From Paraspadella gotoi (lineage: Eukaryota; Animalia; Chaetognatha): a stretch of 27,719 bases of DNA. Where the stretch lies: the NCBI GenBank assembly GCA_051294375.1, contig JBJCIZ010000033.1, forward strand, positions 64,450 to 92,168, in the 5' to 3' direction. A program made the translations under genes and the position numbers. A model generated the notes under the pieces. It did not search any database. It worked only from the letters and a program-made list of their open reading frames with translations, and had not been told where the DNA came from. Within the stretch, counting starts at the first letter, position 1. Each line of letters begins with the position of its first letter. Positions 23,401 to 27,719 of the stretch are shown piece by piece.

Positions 23401-24352
23401 AGATGCCCTTCAAAAATTGCACAACATTTCTCCAGTTCTGTTTAATGCTTATAAAGGAATTAGATCTGTTGAAGAAGAAAAATCGTTTGCAAAATTAATC
23501 GGGTCTTTATATAATATCTATAGAAAATGTTTTAAACACGGAACTCAATGGTTTGAAGTCGACTCTGAAGTATCAATCTTTGACTGTGAGACCTATGTGG
23601 CAAGTGGACGTAAGAAAGTCAGAAACATTCCCAGCTATATTAGTTCCCGAAGTGACTCAAAGGAAAAATCTTGCAAGAAAGCTCCTTACAGTACAAATAA
23701 TATGTGCGGTACTTTTTTTTTAACCTGTTGCCATGGTTATTTTATTACAAGCCTTTTAATGCAGGTAGATTAATATAATTTTTGTATAATAGCACTTGCT
23801 TTGAGTTCAATCCCTGGAAAAGAGCATTTTTTACAGTTATATCATAACTTGATCAAAATTAGTATATAACCTTTTTTTTTATTAACTTAACGTACAGACA
23901 CGGGAAAATCCCATGATTTTACTCTACATTTTATTATCATACTTTCGCAAGATGCCAAGGACAGTCATTTATGATAATGCATGCAATGCATGGTAAGTTT
24001 TAAGTTTGTTATGATTCCTTTTGAAAAATTATTGGTTTAGAATAATAATTTCATATTTGATAATAGCGAATACATTGCCAATCGAGAGCCAAATTTTCTC
24101 AAAACGGGTCGACTGGTAATCGACAAAATGCACATAAAAAATCATGCCGGGTGCTCACGTGGTTACAACTCTGCGCTTTATCCCGAATTAAACGAGACGA
24201 ACACGCAGCTGTGTGAGCAGCTAAATTCTGAACTAAAAAAACTTAACGCTATGGTCTGCTACTCGAAACCAAAAACAGCGTGGAAAATAATAACCACGTA
24301 TATGTGTTTAAGAAATTACATTCGTAAAAGAACTGATACTTCCGTGGCTTAA
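20433..24352 (+). CDS. KDZ (Kyakuja-Dileera-Zisupton)-family DDE transposase, 5 exons, ~822 aa, apparently intact
   Basis: Exons 20433-21355, 22078-22400, 22923-23764, 23898-23992 and 24067-24352 total 2469 nt; all introns GT-AG, frame preserved. Motifs: SWIM-like CSC...CIH and C..C...CSH; CxC-type Cys clusters; IADGT (first D); GTFFLTCCHG; REN(P); VIYDNAC (second D); NREP; IDKMHIKNHAGC; NTQLCEQLNS (E). The exon 2 acceptor is the least certain. Confidence 0.9.
21353..22066. mobile_element. Insertion with 12-bp terminal inverted repeats (CAGGTATTAAAA / TTTTAATACCTG) that coincides with transposase intron 1
   Basis: Perfect IR at 21353-21364 and 22055-22066; flanks are AA and TA. The left IR contains the donor CAG|GTATT. 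Confidence 0.55.
21613..21658 (-). ncRNA. Minimal type I hammerhead ribozyme (Penelope-like-element type)
   Basis: Minus strand: AAACG CUGAUGA A GGCUU-GAAAACUA-AAGUC GAAA C-AU-G UC / CGUUU. Stem I is perfect (5 bp), the core is intact, stem II has 5 bp, stem III is minimal with palindromic ACAUGU, and the cleavage triplet is GUC. Confidence 0.75.
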
Positions 24353-27050
24353 AACACTAATTGTCGCCGTTTCATTCAGATACAAAATTAATAATCAATC
24401 GTCAATGGTTCAATTCTTTATTTATTCATTTTTATGCCAAAAAAATGTTTCCCATTCTATAAAAGATTATTTGTGAATTTTTTCAAATTGTTACTACATA
24501 TTCGTATGTAGATTTTTATATTTTTGGTTGTTTTTCATTGCGTTATTTACTGTACAGTAAACTGAAACATTTAAAAAAAATCTTTTAAATTGAAGGAAAA
24601 TTTAAAAATAAAAAATCACCAGACTACCCTACTTTTAGTCAGTTAGTTGCTTCAATAAAGCCAAATACTAACTCAAATACAATTTCTTGAAGAAAAAGAC
24701 TCCCGGATCCGCGCGAACCCATGATCGATCCGCTCGGAGGCAGAGAGAAGAGAGTCGGCGGTGACGAGGGTAAGAGAGAGAGTAAAAGAGAAGTCAGCTG
24801 CGGCTCGACCGATCGACTCTGTCGTCGCGCGGATCCGGGAGATAGGAGAAGAAGAGGAAGAGGAGTAAGAAGAGCCGAGCGAAGTAAGTCGAAGGCAGGA
24901 AGCCGCTCGGCCGCGCGCGCGGCTGCCTCCCGGAGGCTGCGCTGTACGAGGCCTTCTGAGTCATAGCCATGAGAGAGAGAGAGAGAGAGAGAAGGACGAG
25001 AGAGAGAGAGAGCCGACGAGGGTCGGGCGATGAAAAGTTTTCCAACGACGATTTGTGGAAGGAGGCAATCGAGTAATTTATGGCGTCACTAGAAGGAAAG
25101 AGAGAGGAGGACGGAGGAAGAGGAGGAGGAAGACGGAAGAGAGGAGCATGAGGAGATCAGCGAAGGGTAGCAGCGGAGGAGGAGCGAGGAGAGAGCGCAG
25201 GATGAAGGCAGGAAGAGGAGGAGGGAGAAAGAAGACGAAAGGGAGGGATAAATGGCTCCACGCATGGACAAATAAAGGGAAAGAAATTCTAAACATATAG
25301 GAGACGAAAGGCGGTTGTCGGCGAGAGAGAGAGAGAGGAGAGAGAGAGAGCAGAGACGAGCGAGAGAGAGAGAAAGAGCAGAAGAAGAGAGAGAGACGAG
25401 AGAGGAGAGAGAGAGGACTGTGGTAAAGGGCGAAAAGAATAAGATCCAGGCGCGGATGAAGATTATTTTTCTATGATAATGATTTTGTCATATGTATCTT
25501 ATATTGTGATTCATATAAAATTGTTAAATCATTCCATTAATTAAGTCAACAACCTAACCTAACTGCTCTTGTTAAGTCCATAAATCTCTACAGATAATAA
25601 CATAGCAAGGCCCTGCATGCCTGTTATTAATTGTTATATATTAATGTAACTCCCTGATATAGTACAAATTAACTTTGTAGAATGCTTAGATTTTTTCGTC
25701 AAACCTGAGCCTCCTGGTTCCATAACCTAGTGAAAGTCAAAGGGAGAAGTAGGCTATAAAACAAATGATAATTAATGATAAAACCAGAATACATGATTTA
25801 TTATGATGAAATGGTTAAGGAGAACAATAAAGAAGGGTTATAAAAAATGCACATAAATTGAAATGGAAGAAGGTTGATAAAAGAAGCGGGAGATGACGGC
25901 GAATGAGTTAGAATGATTCGAGTATGAATGTTAAATGAACATCTGCGATTGAATGTGAGACGTTCGTGGAAATGTCTGGGGCGTGTAGATCGGTGACGGA
26001 AACTCATTCGTGAAGTATTCGAATCCTAGATTCGTAGAAGAAAACTGGTTGAGCCGAATAAGCCAGGGTCGTCACCTATTGCTCTCTCTCTCTCTCCTCG
26101 TCCTCTCTCTCTCTCTCTTCTTCCTCACTCTTGCCAGGGTGCATTGTACTGTTCAATTCAAATTCAACTTCACTCTCTTCTCTCAGAAGTGAACAAATTG
26201 GTATTAGAGTGATTGTTGAAAACTGAAAAATTTTAGGAAATCTTAAACAATTTTTAGCATATAAAACATAAAAATAAAAACCCAATAAAAATACCTTTTG
26301 GTAAATTTTATTTTTAATTTATACATTAGTGGCACCACGTGAAGCTCTATATATAATTTTTAATTATTATGTATAATAATAAGTATATAATAAGCTTAAA
26401 ATTTCAAATGCAAATCTTAAATTTTCAGATCGGATTGATGCAAAAGTTGACTATAAGAAAGTATATAAATCCATAAGTTGCGTCTAAAATGTAAAAAACT
26501 ATATTTAAGACAAAGATTTTCAATTTCGAAGCTTAAAAATATATTTTTTTATAATTTTAACTATTTAAGACTAATTTTTTAAAAAGATCTATTTCTTTAT
26601 CAACTTTTAACGAGGAATCTGAACTGTCCAGAATAAAAAAAACATATTTTGAAATTTTGACATTATATACTATATATACAAAATAAGCTGACTGGGCTTT
26701 GTAAAAAAAGAAAAATAATTATAGATTAGTATTCATTTATATGATAGTTTTCAAGATATAACTGCTAAATATTGATTCCAAACTTTCACTTCATCCTATT
26801 GTGTATCTCTGGCGGATTTTTGTTATTGGCTCAGAAACTGACTAAATCTTTTTCAAAACTATTACTAAAATGAGGAGACAATTCGAAAAAAAAGTCATTT
26901 TTTTAGTGAATCATAACACAATTTTTTTTTTACTTTCTTATAATTACCCGGATTATTAAATCGTAAAACAGACATAGTTTGTGACAAAAAATTACTACAT
27001 TAAAATAAATTTACATTTTTTGAATCAAAGTGGAATCCAGGGCAAAATCT

Positions 27051-27149
27051 TCATCCCCGATTTCTCTTGCAAGATCCTCCCTCGCAAGCATAACCGCTGC
27101 AGCAGCCGAGTCCGTTGCCGCAGGGTTGACCGTCGGAGCCGCATTGACG
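27051..27149 (-). CDS. Terminal exon encoding an inhibitor-cystine-knot (knottin)-like peptide RQCGSDGQPCGNGLGCCSGYACEGGSCKRNRG*
   Basis: Acceptor TCTTTTCTTCTCCAG| then 32 codons and TGA. Cys framework C-x6-C-x5-CC-x4-C-x4-C. GC-rich island in AT-rich flanks. Confidence 0.8.
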   Translation of the reverse strand, partial: RQCGSDGQPCGNGLGCCSGYACEGGSCKRNRG

Positions 27150-27302
27150 CTGGAGAAGAAAAGATATCACGTCGGCTTGAGCTTCTCTCTTTGCTCTATA
27201 TTCCGAAAGCGTCTATTTTTTTTGTTGTTTTTTTTTATTCACGATCTTAACGATCTCTCACACAATCTGAAATCTCAAAGTCAAAACCCTGATACCTGCA
27301 CT

Positions 27303-27465
27303 TAAATCTTTATATCTTTAAATCTTTAAATCTCTATATCTTTAAATCTTTAAATCTTTATATCTTTAAATCTTTATATCTTTATATCTTTAAATCTTTA
27401 AATCTTTAAATCTTTAAATCTTTAAATCTTTATATCTTTAAATCTTTAAATATTTAAATCTTTAA
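27303..27465. repeat. 8-bp tandem repeat (ATCTTTAA / ATCTTTAT)n, ~20 copies
   Basis: Read directly. Confidence 0.95.
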
Positions 27466-27719
27466 GTTTAAGAACCAATTAAATTCTGAATTTCGATACT
27501 TTGAAAAAAAGGGCCTTCTCTTTTTCATGAAATTGTTACAACCAATATAAAAATTATCTATTTGTAGATAAGGCACGAAATAGGCTGAACACTACTATCC
27601 GTAACTTCTGTGCCCCCTCAGCAGATATGGAACGGGTCCTGGGCATGGAACCAGGCTTGAGGGTTTATCAGGTCCCCATGGCGGTTTACGGCCGTCCTCA
27701 CGCTTCCCGCAGGGTAGGT

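Larger units (their letters stand above)
15999..24973 (+). mobile_element. Putative two-gene KDZ/Zisupton-type DNA transposon (~9 kb) with degenerate GC-rich inverted termini
   Basis: Contains the KDZ transposase gene. Left and right GC islands share motifs in collinear inverted order (left / right): CTCATRGC 15999 / 24966; CAGAAGG 16012 / 24952; CGCAGCC 16051 / 24935; GCGGCTTCC 16078 / 24898; TCGACTYACTTC 16090 / 24881; TCCGAGCGGATCG 16179 / 24726. Exact ends and target site duplication were not found. Confidence 0.6.

Overview
AT-rich, microsatellite-dense eukaryotic (probably invertebrate) genomic DNA with six N-gaps. Most ORFs in the supplied track are artefacts of (AG)n, (AAAG)n and (GAC)n repeats. 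The core of the window is a putative ~9-kb DNA transposon (~15999-24973) bounded by GC-rich, degenerate inverted termini. It carries two spliced + strand genes. The first (16706-18563) encodes an NRF1/EWG-like DNA-binding domain, a Cys/His cluster and a C2H2 finger. The second (20433-24352) is an intact 5-exon, ~822-aa KDZ (Kyakuja-Dileera-Zisupton)-type transposase. Both long transposase introns have complementary ends. Intron 1 holds an intact antisense minimal type I hammerhead ribozyme and intron 2 a decayed one. A Helentron-associated (HINE/DINE-1-like) element occurs twice, once nested in the transposon. A knottin (ICK) peptide exon missed by the ORF track lies on the - strand (27149-27051), and a Cys-rich host exon lies at 13101-13246. 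All family assignments come from motif recognition by eye; no searches were run.
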